A stretch of 64,000 bases of DNA, the filler included, from Sphacelaria rigidula (Eukaryota): the NCBI GenBank assembly GCA_964200075.2. It is 6 parts of 6 records of this genome, joined end to end, with 100 filler letters (N's around TTAATTAATTAA, not from the genome) between each part and the next. Parts side by side here need not be neighbours in the genome. Positions count along the whole stretch, not along the records: positions 32,079 to 42,670 come from CAXNAA020006228.1; positions 42,771 to 53,361 come from CAXNAA020006229.1; 4 more parts are not named here. One strand, 5' to 3'. A model generated the notes under the pieces. That model was not told the origin of the DNA. It did not search any database and saw nothing but the letters and a program-made list of their open reading frames with translations. Shown one piece after another: positions 39,201 to 52,538 of the stretch (its first letter is position 1; every line of letters begins with the position of its first letter). Made by a program: the position numbers and the translations under genes.

Positions 39201-40249
39201 GCGACAGTCCCTCTTCTTTGTTGATCCCCCACCACGCTGATAGGTATCTGGTCGATCGAGTAGCTCTTCCCAGCTGTTTTCGAGACATCTGAAGCGTTCC
39301 ACCGCTAGGGTGGTGAGTTCGAAGCTGTACTGATCGAATGTTGCTTATCCTTGACGAGTGTTATGCGCGCTTCTGCGCGCCTCGGAGGATCTGGCTGCAG
39401 AGCCGTCGATGGCAGCATTTCTCCGTCAGAGATGTCCCGCCGACTGCGGTATAATCTTACGAGAAACCGAGAATAGGGACATGAACGAAGACGTTTTTGG
39501 CACTCTTTTGTCCGAGAAAATATACAAAAGTAATTGGAAAGTATGTCGAAATTAGTTAACTAACGCCGGTCTCGTGTATCATTTCCAGTCAACTTCTGAG
39601 TGTCGTCGTATCGGCTGCGTGTTTGCGCCTTAGAAGTTCACCATCGTAGCTTTTCTGCCGGCAGCTTGTGGCGGGCGATATCTCATGTCAATATTGCCGT
39701 TCCAATACTTGCATCATGTTAAAAACGTGGTTTATTTTCATAGTTATAGCAATAGAGTGACATGTGTTGTACGGCATATAGGTTATGGTGATGTTAATGG
39801 CGTGGCTGATTGTGATCCGTCACAGTGGTACAGTCACATGTATAATAGGGACGAGGGGTATGTTGTGGAGACGCTGTAGTTCTGGCGTGAGTCCGCGCAA
39901 GTGGCAGAGTGGGACGGCAAGGCCTCTTCTCTCGACATCACCGACAGAAGCGGATCAAGCCCACGCATGACAGATAGAGTGAAGAACGCGAGCTGTTTTC
40001 AAGCAACCATTTCCACGGAAAACGGGGGAGATTTCCCTGCTGAGGAGATTTCAGGAGAAGAAAACTTGACTTCTGTAGAACTGTGCTTCTTCACGGCAGC
40101 GTGAGGCGGAGCGGAGGGGGTTCGGCGCAGATGGTAGGTATGGGGGATGTGGTGGAGAGAAGTTGTAGCTCTGGCGTATGACGAAAATACGTCGTCACGT
40201 TGAGTTGGTAGTGGTGATGTGGATAATGACTGTGGGGACGGGGACTGTG

Positions 40250-41000
40250 GAGGATTCTAGGAGGATTCTGGATAATGACCGGGGACACGGGGATGGTACC
40301 CTGCAGGTCTAGAAGGTTGGTGCCTTGGGAGGGCACTCCTCCTAAGAATGAGAATGTTGTAAAGGCTGACAACAGAAACTGAGGCCAGTAAGACTGGGGA
40401 GTCCCTCAACAGCAGTGATACATCCGTTCTTCTTCTGGCTGGCGTCACAATATCGATATTAGTGTTAGTGCTAGAAACAGTACCCAGCAGAACCTGCTGG
40501 GAGGATTTCGGCGGAGAGTCTGGCGGTTGGGGACAACCTGAAACATCACGGACGCGTGGAGGGGGTTCAAGCTGATGGTAGCTGCAGAAAGGCGGCTGGC
40601 CTGTATTCGATCCAGACTAGAGACTTGCTGAAGCTGCGTGCAGCGGGATTTTGGAGGCTCCTGCAACTGTGTGCTGGTGCGGCGACGAAGCAAGGAAGTG
40701 TGCAATTCGCGAGGGTCTGCTGGTCTGCGAAAGGTTCGCAGGTAGCCGGTTGCAGTTGTGGCGACCGGCTCGCGTGATCCGACCAGCGTGACGCCTACGG
40801 TCATACGGGAAGAGTTTTGACCTCCCCGATACGGGGATAGGTACTCGAAGAGTGCATTTCACACTTTTTATGCGAAGTACGCGGAGTAGAGTAAGCGTGT
40901 AGAGCACGCTAACGCAAGGGGTGCAGTGCGACACCAGGTAGTGTCGATGGCCGGCGTCGCGCATGTGTGTGCAAATCATCAGACGTACCTGCAACTGCTT
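40250..41000 (-). mobile_element. Probable Ty3/gypsy integrase relic
   Basis: Minus-strand RLMICTHMRDAGHR...CTPC and VPIPVSGRSKLFPYD resemble the H2C2 and PIP..F...D region. Downstream PQSYWPQFLLSAF resembles the end of the integrase core. Motif resemblance only. Confidence 0.45.
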
Positions 41001-43411
41001 GTCAGAACTCGGAATTCAAATCTGTTGTCCGCCAAGCGCAACGAAAAGACCTCGGGGCCGAAGGTCTTCCTCTGGCCGGCGTCACAGGCGGGAGCCCATA
41101 CAGGCGAGAAAGAGGAATAACGAGGCTTCTTGTCCTCTTCTTCTCCTCTCATCACCGACGGCAGTTGGTCAAGCTCACGCACGACAAATACAGAAAAAAA
41201 CCTGCGCTGTCTTCAAGCAACCGTTTTCACGGAAAGCGGAGTAGAATTTCCAACTGAGAGGAGGAGGAGGAGACTTGACTTCTGCGGGTGGCGGTGGAAC
41301 GATGCTTCTAGGAAGGAGCGTTAATAGCACGGAGGGAGAGGGGCTCGGAGGTAGATGATGAGGATAGGAGTTTGCCGCTGAGGGACATTGGAAGGATAAG
41401 ACCTGCGGTAGAAATGTTTTGTAGGTGCTGTGAAGGAATCGTGACATAGTTTTTACTGTCTGATGCTTGTTAGCAGTGACTCATCGTCACAGTATTTTGA
41501 GCATAATGTCGCGACTTCGTGACCGTACATGTAACTGAGCTGGGTATAAACGCTCGACAGCGGGGGCCGTATCTTTGCTCCGAGGTCAGGCGGGCGTGGT
41601 ATCGAGACGTTTTTTGGCCGCTAGGGACGCTCATTCCGGAAGAAACACGTTTGAGTGTATTGGATAGCAAAGACATGGTTGAATCTTGCGGAGGTTACGC
41701 CTTCAGCTACCAATGCGACGCAGTATTTTCCAGGGGATCTCTAGATTTCCTTGAGAGGGCAATGTGCCGCTACGACCACTCGTTCAGTCGCAACAGCCCA
41801 CGCTATTTATATGATGTAAAAGCATTGAGGCGGCAACATTCACATGAGTAGGATTGTGCGAAAATCTCTCCACCACAAGCTACCGTCGGCAGAGAAGGCT
41901 ACACACAAGTAACAACATTGACGACGAAAACATTATGCCGATATGGCGACACTCGGAATTTAAGTTGCAATATTGCACGAACTAGGCATTAACCTATTAG
42001 GTCTATGTTTCAGTTGAGGTGCATTTTCGATAACTTACAAATATTTCGGGGAAACCAACATTATTTTCAATACACCAAGGTCCCAAAAGTTAAGGGTTGG
42101 TAGTTTTGCAAGGGGGAGGGGGGGGCGTGGGTTGGGTTTGGGGAGGGGGGGGGGATGTCGTGCCCTCCCTACGCGTGTCAACCTACTGTAGTCTTACGCG
42201 AGTACCAGGATACGACGCCCCCCTCTCCCGCCGAAATATTCTCGCTCATGAAGATAGAGGTGCCCGAGCGTGGTGGTTCACTGTCAGGGGATGCGTCGTT
42301 GGTCGGCGTAGCAACTGATGAAGTAGCCCCGTCGGTATCAATAACAACAGAACACCACCTGCCGCGACTTATGTGGGGAAACATCCCACGCATCAGAACT
42401 ATTAAAATGGCTACTCCATCCCCTTCAGGCCCGTTGTCCGACCTCAAACCTCCCTTGCACACGCATGGTTGATATGGGACGTCTTCTCGGACAATTGGGG
42501 AACCCACGCGCCCCCTCCTCAAAACATTAGCCTGGTCCGGCGAGAACCCGGCGTGCTCCGGCGTGCTCCGTCCCGGCTTTGTAGGGGCGGACCCCCGATG
42601 GGGTTGGCGTCGGTTGGCGATGACGCTGTAAAACACGCCACTCACTACGTAAGCTAGGCAACCAGGTTACNNNNNNNNNNNNNNNNNNNNNNNNNNNNNN
42701 NNNNNNNNNNNNNNTTAATTAATTAANNNNNNNNNNNNNNNNNNNNNNNNNNNNNNNNNNNNNNNNNNNNATATATATGGGGGGAAAAGTTGCGTCTTGG
42801 CACATACATCCTGTACATCGTGTCAAAATTTCATAGAAAACAATCTAAAAGTCAGCTGTTGAATCGCGTGTTCACATCCCTGTCCGCGTCTTAGGCGGCC
42901 CAGCCTGTATCTCCCTCCGGTTCACAATGCATGTCTGGCATTTTGATACCGCGGGATGGATCCATACTACAGTACCACATTTTGTCGACTTTCGACAATT
43001 CTCCTTGCTACACACGTACGTCCTCACTTTTCGTTTCGATGACGGAAAACAGACGCTGCTCGGGCACAACGCCGCGTTCGCCGAGGCGTGTTGATCCCTA
43101 AACTTTGGTCCCGCGGTAACCAGTCTCACCAGTTTCAAGATGCCCCGGTCAGACAGATCACCTGGGCGCGGTGGCACACGCGAAATGTTTACCTTTTCAT
43201 ATTTTAGCCATTTTCTGCGTTGTTCGTGCTTGGGCGTATACGGTATGTCTGCTGTACACATGTACAGTACAGTAGCATGTCAATCGATAACTGTACCCCC
43301 TTTAATTCCACATTCGTATCCATCGCTTGCTTTGTGTTGGTTGGGACGCGGAAGGCTCAAAACAGCAAACAAGCGATCGGTTTGATCCATCACTTTTCAC
43401 TGGCTGTTGTC

Positions 43412-43566
43412 ATTTTCCACACCCTGGATAAAGATAATAGAAAACAGTCAAGAAGTGTACTGCGTACAGTATTGACTATTGCGCCTATTGCAATAGACAA
43501 TAGATTCCATACTGTACGCAGTACATTTGTTACGATAGAACCCATTGCCCAGGGTGTGCAGTTTTC
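43412..43566. mobile_element. Palindromic MITE-like repeat (second copy at ~50924-51091)
   Basis: TTCCACACCCTGG ... CCAGGGTGTG ends and an inner GTACTGCGTACAGTAT / ATACTGTACGCAGTAC palindrome; both recur at 50924-51091. Confidence 0.65.
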
Positions 43567-44351
43567 ACCATTGCAGCGGCGATGGATGGGGTTGCCAATT
43601 TTTAAGTCTCAGATGCATGACGGTCGACCGCTACTACTCCTACTGTGATATCTCTTCTGCAAGAACAATACTATACACGATCGAGTCCATCTGTTGGTCA
43701 TGAGTGGGTACATTGCATCAGAGCAGTACAGCTGAATGTGTACCCAACAGAGCGCGATTTTTTTCCAACGCACTCCCAGTGTTGGCTTGCGCCGACCTTT
43801 TCTGTATTTTTGTCATCACTTTATATTTTAAGTACCCCCCTTTTGTTTGTGTGACGACAACTGTCGCGGGTTTTGGGGATTGGAGGCTGTGTGCGCACTT
43901 GGACACCCATCCCATTAGAGCAAACTACAGCACCCAACGAGCATAATTGATTATGAGAACAACAGTAGTGTATCCCAAAAATAGAGGGCAAAGTCTAATC
44001 CGCTAATGGAGGAATGTGGGGTTCGTTACTGCTTTGGTGATTGCCCCCCCTCCCCCCTCCCCCATATTGCTCCATCTCGAAAGGGATGCGTGGTCAATGG
44101 TCAAACGACTAAGGCAAAAAAAAAGAAAGAGTAAGTTCCCCCAATTGGTGATTGACTGCGAGCCTGGTCCGGCGACCTCCCATGGGGTTGGGGTTGGCGT
44201 CGGTTGGCAACTACGGTGTAGAACACACCACTCACTGCGCTAGGCACCAGGTTACCGTTTTTTGTGCTTTTATTTTGCGGTAACCATGATGGTGGTCGGG
44301 CTAGATCATGTTTTGCTGGGTTTAAAATCCGAACTCCGCGCAAAGAGGATA

Positions 44352-44952
44352 CAGTACTGGGCGCCAGAACTCATCATTTTGTAATTTCTTTGTAATCGGT
44401 GATTTTTTCAGGCTCTTCCGCTTGCCACCGCTCATCACGTTGGGGATCTAAAAATACTTGTATCCGCTCCATATTCCAAGAAATATATATATATATATAT
44501 ATATATGTACTCAATATTGAGTGACCTACGAACTGACCTGTCATCGGGGGCTCTGACACATTTCAGACCAGATTCTGACCCCTCCGTATTTTCGGTCGAG
44601 CCTGTCCCGATCGAATTTGTGAAGGAATCAACAGGATTGTTTTTTTCGAATTTTTACCTACTCATTGCATTAGAGCCGAAAAACTGTGTTTTACGGCCAA
44701 TAACACCCTGCTGATTAACGGGGTATCTACTCGTGCCGCCCTGTAAAACCAACTAACACCAACTTGGGCACTGAGAGTGTCCTCATGATCATGCATGCCA
44801 TAGTCATAAGACCCTTTGGCACTGAGGGGGGGGGGAGACGATCTGTTCATTTTACCAAAATCTAACGATGCTAGCACTTTCCAGTTCTATCGAAGAGTAG
44901 TCGCCGGAGAAAAACCCGTCTGAACAGAAAATAGTTTAGGCGCCCAGTACTA
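44352..44952. mobile_element. MITE family H, second copy
   Basis: TA|CAGTACTGGGCGCC ... GGCGCCCAGTACTA; colinear with 47406-47961. Confidence 0.75.
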
Positions 44953-45249
44953 TGGTGTTTAATTGGTGAGACACCCCTGAGGCAGTATGGAGCCCGTGGC
45001 TGTCGCGGGAAGAGACATACCAGAAAATGAGCAACTCCGGAGCCTGTCTTCCAGAATGCAAGATAATGAATATGCTTCGGGCCCAACAATCTTTAGCAAG
45101 ATGCAGCTTCATGCGACTCGCCGAATACATGACGGCGCTTCGCCCTTGTGGTTGATTGCGAGCCTGGTCCGGCGAAAACCCGGTGTGCTCCGTTCCGGCT
45201 TTGTAGAGATGCAAGGTCAATGGTCTTATGACTGCGGCATGCAAGATTA

Positions 45250-45960
45250 TGAGTGCACCCGCCCCGCTCCCCCTGCGCGGATAAGCTTGATAGTGTTGCA
45301 AGAGACCATCACCCTCGTACTACATCCCTTCCAGAAGGTCATGAGGCATCGCCTATCATCTTGGACTTGAGCCACGAGTGTTCCATAAGCCCTGCCTGTG
45401 AGCACGTCAAGTCAGGTAGGACAACGTATAGTACGTTCCATGCGATTGCGTCTTGAAGGCCAGAATGGAAGAAAGGACTGCTGTGTGCGTACAACAACTG
45501 TGCGTCCACCGTGTACCTACTTTTGGAAAATATCCGTCGACACCTTGTGATATATGGTGGGGATTGAATTGAGCCGCGCTTCTCCAAGACGGTAGTTCTC
45601 AAGGTGGTCTTGAGTTGTGCTCACAAGCGTCGTTATGATCACGTGTTTCATCGAATCCGTTAGCTTTACCGTGTTTTCTTTGTGTTGGTGTGGTGACGGA
45701 CGCCATACTAAAATCAGCGCTGCACTACTTCAGTTCAGGTCTCGTTAATATATGGATGATGACCTGCTCTGTCGTACGCATATGACTCTTTCGTTTTGAC
45801 AAGGAAACGACCCATGGAAGCCCCTTCTGTAGCAAAGATCCCACGGATGCTGCGCCGACACAAAACCTCGTGTAGCGCCGCGACTTGGGTCACTATCCAT
45901 GTGCGGTCTATGTTCATCCATGTTGCTTGACACCAACCCGAACCCTGAAGATAGTCTCCA
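45250..45960 (-). pseudogene. hAT-like transposase relic
   Basis: Minus-strand fragments IRGIFATEGASM (like vtDgAsnM) and YFPKVGTRWTHS (like P...TRW.S) occur in hAT order but are interrupted. Confidence 0.4.
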
Positions 45961-46344
45961 CATTAATGTTTTTTCACCTTCGGATCGTCTGGATTTCGAC
46001 CGCGGGCGTTAATAGCTTAGGGCCAATAATGTCGAAAAATTAAAAGCGTGGTCACAAGTTGGTGATTTATATGGCAATGCAGTTTGCTTTCCCTGATGCA
46101 GTCATCCTCCGGAAATCATGTAGCACCCGAGAAGATCTCGACACTGTACCATCGTACGTGGGGACGCGTTTTTTTCTTTTCATGGCCACTTTTTTGTTTT
46201 TATCCACCGCGTGTACAGATCGTCAGCGGGAGAATGCACACCCTGGAAACGCTACCCCTGTGGCTTACAAGACGAGTGATGGAGATGACGCTCTGCGGTC
46301 GATGAGGTAAAATTACGTGACAATATTTTGTCTGATGCTTCCGT

Positions 46345-46470
46345 TGATGTGCAAAGTCTTCCGGGTGGAACGCTCTTGACGGTATGCACAGTCTTCCGGG
46401 CGGGATACTTTTTGTCGATGTACGAAGTCTTCCGGGCGGAACGCTTTTGTCGATGTGCAAAGTCTTCCGG
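46345..46470 (+). repeat. Minisatellite, ~35-bp unit, ~3.5 copies
   Basis: GATGTGCAAAGTCTTCCGGGCGGAACGCTTTTGTC-like units in tandem. Confidence 0.85.
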
Positions 46471-47405
46471 ATACGGTACGAAGAAAGAAATACGAATGGT
46501 CAAATAGTCAACTATACGGAGAAGCTCGTAAGATGGAACGTTTCTAGTTTTGATGCGAATTATTTTTTTCTCCCTCCTTTCTACACAATAGAAAGTGTCG
46601 GGAAGGAAGAAAAAAACAGTTCAGAAAAACTCAGGGTAATGAACGAAGTTGAGATCTAAGGCCAGGATATGACGAATCCCCCCTAGTTAAACTCCGAAAA
46701 CGAAAGCGTGAGGAGAGACATCGCCGGCTACTCAGGATTTATTTGAAATTAAAGAATAACCCCTGAGTTGTAAACCACCCCAAAGAGTTGGTGTCCAACT
46801 TGGAGCTAGGAAACGGAACTAGACAACCCGCCCCCACAAAGACCAAGGTTACAGAACAAAGCCGCAGGACAAACATCGTACGTGGGGCGATGGCGGATGT
46901 CGTGGAGGTGGAGCTCACGAGGGCCACCCAAGACTACGAGGAAGACTTGGAGGCGAGCGCGGGAGCCGAGACACCAGTCGACCTGGCTGAAGATGAGGCG
47001 GAAGGTTGGAAGTCGGCCACCCATGCAGCGGCTAAGAAGACATGTACCAAATGGCCACCAAGCGTCAAGCTTGCGTTAACTCGCGCGGGTACCACGGTTG
47101 GGTGGCCACTTTGTCAACGTCCTCGTAGTGGCTGCATGACTGGCCGACTTCCGCCCGCCCTTCCGCCCCATCTTCAGCCAGGTCGACAGGTGTCTCGGCT
47201 CCCCCGTCCGCCTCCACACAGCTAGGATTACTGCGCAGTGCACGTTAATTTAATTTCGATTTGATTTGATTGTCGCACTTCAACTGACCCCCCAGGGGTC
47301 CAGCCGTGGTCGTATGATAGACGTACCCAGGAGAAGAAAAACCGCCCCTGTAAACACTCGCAAGAAAAAAAAGAAGGAAGGCAAAAAAGTCGAACAGTGG
47401 AGCTA

Positions 47406-47961
47406 CAGTAGTGGGCGGTCTAACTATTCATTTTGTGGCTTTTTGTGCTTCTTTCGTAATTGGCGATTTTCTTGGGCTCTTTTCGCTTGCCACCCCTTAT
47501 CACATCGGGGATCTCGAGATATTTGTATCCGCCCCATATTTCAAGGAGAAAAAATCATCTGTACTCAATATTGAGTGACTCACGGGCTGACCGGTCATCG
47601 GGGGTCCTGCCACGTTTCAGCCCAGATTCTCACTCTTCTGTATTTTCGATCGATCGAGCCCGTCCAGATCATATTCGTGAAAAAAAACGTATAGTTTTAC
47701 TTTTTAGAATTTCTACCTACTCAGTGTACTGTAATAGGGCCGAAAAACTGTGTCACGATCAATAACACCCTCCTGATGAACGGGGTATTTACTCGTTTCG
47801 CCCGATAACACCAAATAAAAGTGGCTTGGGCACTGTGTTTCGAAGATGATCTGTTTTGTTGCACCAAAATCTACCTACGCTAGCAATTTCGAGTTCTATC
47901 GAAGAGTAGCACGCGAGGAAAACCCCTCAACACCCCTAAATAGATAGACCGCCCACTACTG
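47406..47961. mobile_element. Tc1/mariner (pogo-like CAGT end) MITE family H
   Basis: Perfect TIR TA|CAGTAGTGGGCGGTCTA ... TAGACCGCCCACTACTG|TA; internal homology to 44352-44952 and ~32200-32640. Confidence 0.8.
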
Positions 47962-48437
47962 TAGTAGATTAAGACGTAATATAATAAAAATGATAATAAT
48001 AATAAGTCATCAAAAGCAAAGTACATGAAGGAATGGCCGACCTAAAACAAACATAAAAATGGAAAAAAGGAAAAAAAGAGGAAAGAAAACAGCAAAAAAA
48101 ATGGAATATGTTGCTGAGGATAAACGTACTTGCTCAACGTATGCATATGCACACACACAGGCATGTGTATACTCGTACTGTAGAGAGTGCAACAGTACAG
48201 TTCTCACAACTTGTACTAGTGCTTTACCACACACCGACAGGTCAGGACTTGCGTACGGCTAGCGGGCTCCGAGGTGCACTGCCTCTGTGCCCAACGCTGT
48301 GTATTGTGCCGGGTTCGTACCCGGAGGTTGTGACGACGATACTGCTGTCGCGTATTCAACGGTACGGGGACAGCACAGGCAAACTGTATACATGCTCTTT
48401 CGCGCTGTCCGGGTAGCACCCCATCGGTAGGCGCAGT

Positions 48438-48810
48438 ATGTGTGTGTGTGTGTGTGTCGTAACCCCATCTATTCTGGACGCCAGTCTACACCTTTCGGTA
48501 CATGTAGGCGCATCAGGCGGGGTCACACAGGAGGAAGGCCCGCACAGGAACTTGTCCTTTTTTCTCTTGTTCAAGTGCTCCACCTTCCTTCTGCGGTGTT
48601 TGCCTTATTTTTTATCGCGAGAGGGGTTCAGGAGTCCCCTTCCCTCGTCGACAGTTATATCGAATTTTGTGTACCCACGATATAGTTGGTCTCCACTGTT
48701 GGGCATGGTGTGAGAAAAAATCCTGCATCGTGTGACTGCACCGATATTCGAACCCACGACTCAACCGTCAGAAGGTTTCGAGGTTACCAATTGAGTCACT
48801 GGGGCGACCG
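48438..48810 (-). mobile_element. tRNA-derived SINE family S1, apparently full length
   Basis: Minus-strand head has A box TGACTCAATTGG, an AACC-TTCTGAC-GGTT arm (CTG, Gln-like) and B box GGTTCGAAT; the element ends in a (CA)n tail. Homologous copy at 4557-4902. Confidence 0.75.
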
Positions 48811-49427
48811 TCTTAAGAGTACCAACACAGAACACACGGCATGACTTGTACCTCTTCAAGCCATGACACCGACCACGTGGCATTCGGAACAGAAAATACT
48901 GAACTCTGGAAAGTTGGCCACGATCCACACCTATTTGGTAAAAAGAAAGAAAAACTGAGCTTTAAGCGTCAACAATTCATCCGTTTTTCGCTTATCCCTG
49001 AGTTCAGTTTTTGTCTCCAAAACTATCTAATGACCGACGGCAGTTTAATTTTTGTGTACGTACACTTTTTTTTTTTCCTAGCTCATGTCAAGTTGAAATC
49101 CAGGCGTTCTATACTTGGACTGTTGTTGTACCAGAGAAAGCAACGAGCGCTTTTGTGTTCTTCGACACCCTTAGCTACCACAGCACAGATGACCGTGTAT
49201 GGACGGGACATACACACAGTACTCCTATACCCTTTTTAGTTTTATATTATTTACTTGAGACTAAACCAATCACATGGGCACATCCCTCATCGCCCGACGT
49301 GGAACGGCGAAAACGCAGCTTCAATGGATGAACTGGCGAGAGAAGGGGAAACGTGTCTGTCCAAACGATGCAGCTGCTGCTGCTGCTGCTGCTGTATTAC
49401 CGCGTGTGTACTCTTCACACGGTTTAA

Positions 49428-49545
49428 CCCTTTTGGAACCCGTTAATGATTTCTGCTTTTGTGAATCGGCATCATTTTCAGTCATTTTTAAGTCAAAATG
49501 ATGCCGATTTACAAAAACAAAAATCGTCAACGGGCTCCAGAAGGG
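49428..49545. mobile_element. piggyBac-like palindromic MITE, copy 2
   Basis: TTAA|CCCTTTTGGAACCCGTT ... AACGGGCTCCAGAAGGG|TTGA; core nearly identical to 3650-3735. Confidence 0.7.
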
Positions 49546-51299
49546 TTGAGAGCACATAATAGGTAAGTCAGCCAAGTACAATTTGGGGGGGCGAAGTCAT
49601 TTGATTTTGGTACGTACTGGATGTGAAAAGTAGTGCTCGCCACCGGCCTCACCTGAGGCCTCCCCGGCGGCTGGTGAATCTACGGTACACAGGATCATGC
49701 GGACGAGCCAACATAGATCCACATTTTTCCACGACGAAAGTAGTATGTGTGTACGAACGAGGGAAGAGGGCTAACAAGCACGCAAGCAGCAGCTGACACA
49801 GCAATGTCTGTCCCTTTTCTTGTTTTTCCTTGAAGGAGGGAGGAAACCTGACCCCAACACGTCCCCCGCAACCGGGTTCGTGTACCGATTATCGGGGGGT
49901 TCGGCTAGACAGCCTCACGGCAATCTTGTGGGGTAGGCGCCTCGTGATCGACTATGCTCCCCTTCAGTCATGAAATGAGAGTGATTCAAGATAGCACGGT
50001 CAAGACGAATATATCACGACTAAGAATGACCAAATCCACGATTTCTTCGGCCTGATTACCCAAAAGGGAGAAAAAGGATGACCGCTGGTCCAAGGGGTAT
50101 CCACGCAAGTGTTGCGCCATTCCACGTGTCTGGGCTGCGTGCACCTGGGTTGCAACGCTGAAAACAAAGCCCAGGGATTGATTCGTACGATTCGAATCAA
50201 ATACACCGAAACCAAGTAATTTACAGACGAATCATTGATTTGTCCGACCCTTGCAAGATAGGGTAGAGTAGATGTAGCGCCAATCATGTTGGAACTGCGG
50301 AGGAATGTGGTAGGCAATCAGAAGAATGGTGTCTGATGACGTAAATTATGCGAGTACTGTATGATTGAAGCACGAGCAACCGCGCACGCCCACCATGTTC
50401 ATTACGGTTGGGTGCCGCTGTCTTTTCCTGACTTGCTCTGAGGATTGCATGAGAGCGGATGGTGAATGAGTGTGAGTGATTGAGTGGGAGATTTGGAAGT
50501 GAGTGATCGAGTGAGACTGGAAGATTTGTAGTGAGAGATTGAGTGTGCGAGAGAGAACTTTACAGGAGGAGCTGATACGAAACGGTTTACAATATTCTTC
50601 GTTCCGAACCAGAACTACCATCCCCCCCCGTCTATGTACGCTTGAGAAGTGCTGATGATTACCCTCGCCATAGAGCGGGCAATCTCCTTGAGCGTTCGCA
50701 AAGCTATGCTCAAGGCAGTGTGGGGGTCCGACCCACCAAAACCCCCGAAGAACTTAGCGCAGTGCACGCGCCGCTCTACTCTCATGAGCTTCGTCTCTAG
50801 GAATGTCTTTGTCTTGTGCATCTTATATCCCGAGCGGCCGGCGGTTGCAGCGTACGCAGTCGGTGGCGTGATGGCTATCGACGTCTGTAACGGTTGCCAG
50901 CAGGTGCGCTAGACGTACGCGGGAATTCCACACCCTGGATTATGAAAATAGATGACGGTGTAAGAAAAAGGTGTACTACGTACTGTACAGTATCAACGAT
51001 TGCGTCCATTGCAATAAGACAAAATATCCCATATTGTACGCAGTACACTTTTCGACAAATGTAAAGCTATTGGTTAGGGTGTGGAGAATTCCGTTTCTGC
51101 TGTTTTCTGCGTTCTTTCAAAGAAGCCAGACAAGCCCGGATCCCTTGGTGACCGTACGGCGTGCCCGTCGATGAAAAGCGTACGTTACCCTGGGTTCACA
51201 CCCAGGCTATCCGGGCCTGTTTGGCGAGCACATGGCGGTAGCGATGGGCAATGTGGCCACAGACGACGCGATGCTTGCCGTGAACTACGATATTTACTC

Positions 51300-51300
<1 letters not shown>

Positions 51301-51349
<49 letters not shown>
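51301..51349 (+). repeat. (AC)n microsatellite
   Basis: Pure dinucleotide run. Confidence 0.95.
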
Positions 51350-51350
<1 letters not shown>

Positions 51351-51783
51351 TGTCGCTGCTGCAGAGGCGTGCATAATGTTGGCAGCAGCCAAGTCAAGCT
51401 ACATGAGATCGTGGCGAAGCTTTCCTTTTTTCTTTTTCATGTTTTCCTGTTCGTGAACATGTCCTATCGCCAAGTACAAAGCAGGACTGTCAGTTGCACT
51501 ACTTTTACTATCGCTGTGCTGTGCTGTGCTGTGCTGTGCAACGACAGGACAGGAAGTACGGGACAGGGCTACACTTGTTGTGACCCGCGCAGGTTACATG
51601 TGACGCAATGAGCGCCAAGCCGATTGTGTTACTTGCTGGTGATTTTGCCCACGACGTGGGTATGTAGCGGCTAACGACCACCCTCGACTAGACTTGTTGG
51701 TTGTTAGCAGACCGTGGTGACTGAAAGGGGGTGGATCAACGGGAGTGGTGCTACATTCTATTCGTGGTTGACACATTTTTTTA

Positions 51784-51985
51784 AGGGCAGGTCGAGTAGA
51801 GAATACTCAATTGCGGGGTATTTTGAAAGACGTACTTGAGGTACTCAAAATCAGGGTAGAATGTCAAGAGGCGTGCCCAAAAAATAATTGAAAAGCGATC
51901 CCTAAAACCCTACCCCCAGTTTGTATACTTTGATTACGACTTTCAAAATACCCCGCAATTGAGTATACTCTACTCAACCTGCCCT
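51784..51985. mobile_element. Small MITE with ~45-bp TIRs
   Basis: AGGGCAGGTCGAGTAGAGAATACTCAATTGCGGGGTATTTTGAAAG ... CTTTCAAAATACCCCGCAATTGAGTATACTCTACTCAACCTGCCCT. Confidence 0.75.
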
Positions 51986-52538
51986 CGCATATCTTACAAC
52001 TATCGCTAACCGTAACCCTAACCCCAGCCCGAGACATACCGAGAACCCTGGGGCAAGGGAGGTGCATAGGGTTCCCTAGGCAAAGTGAGGCGTTGGTAGA
52101 CCTTGAATCGGCGCCTATAACGCGTTCTGCGCACGCTAGGAGCACACGGGACTGTCAAGCCCCATCAAAGTTCCGATTTTCGTTGTTCATACTCAAATCA
52201 AGTTATTAATTGTAGCCCAACTCGGGTTAACTCCATCGGGCTGAAGGGTAAGTTCATCCTTTCGACAGCGGTGAAGATTCTAGGGTCTCGAACGTGAGCA
52301 TTCAGGTTTCAAAGTCAAGTAGAAATAATGATGATCATCAGCATACATACCAATCACTAGAAAATGACCCCATGATATCTCTCGCGTGTGCTGGATAAAC
52401 ATCATAATATACACGGGTAGGTGCATCCATGTTTCAGAATCAAGTGAAAAAAATGGTCATCAGCATATACATGGGGTCACTAGAATATGACCCATGATAC
52501 CCTTGCGTGTGCTGTATATGACGATCATATACATACAG

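Noticed and set aside
41519..41851. 110-aa ORF with GGYAFS, vaguely glycosyltransferase-like
   Set aside because: No convincing splice sites or family motif.
46345..46470. Regularly spaced AGTCTTCCGG repeats suggesting a CRISPR array
   Set aside because: The intervening sequences are copies of each other rather than unique spacers, there are no cas genes, and the context is eukaryotic. It is a minisatellite.
50615..50912. Possible restriction-like endonuclease tail of a non-LTR element (FFGGFG...LSIAL...ARVI)
   Set aside because: The resemblance is too weak and no adjacent reverse transcriptase is visible.
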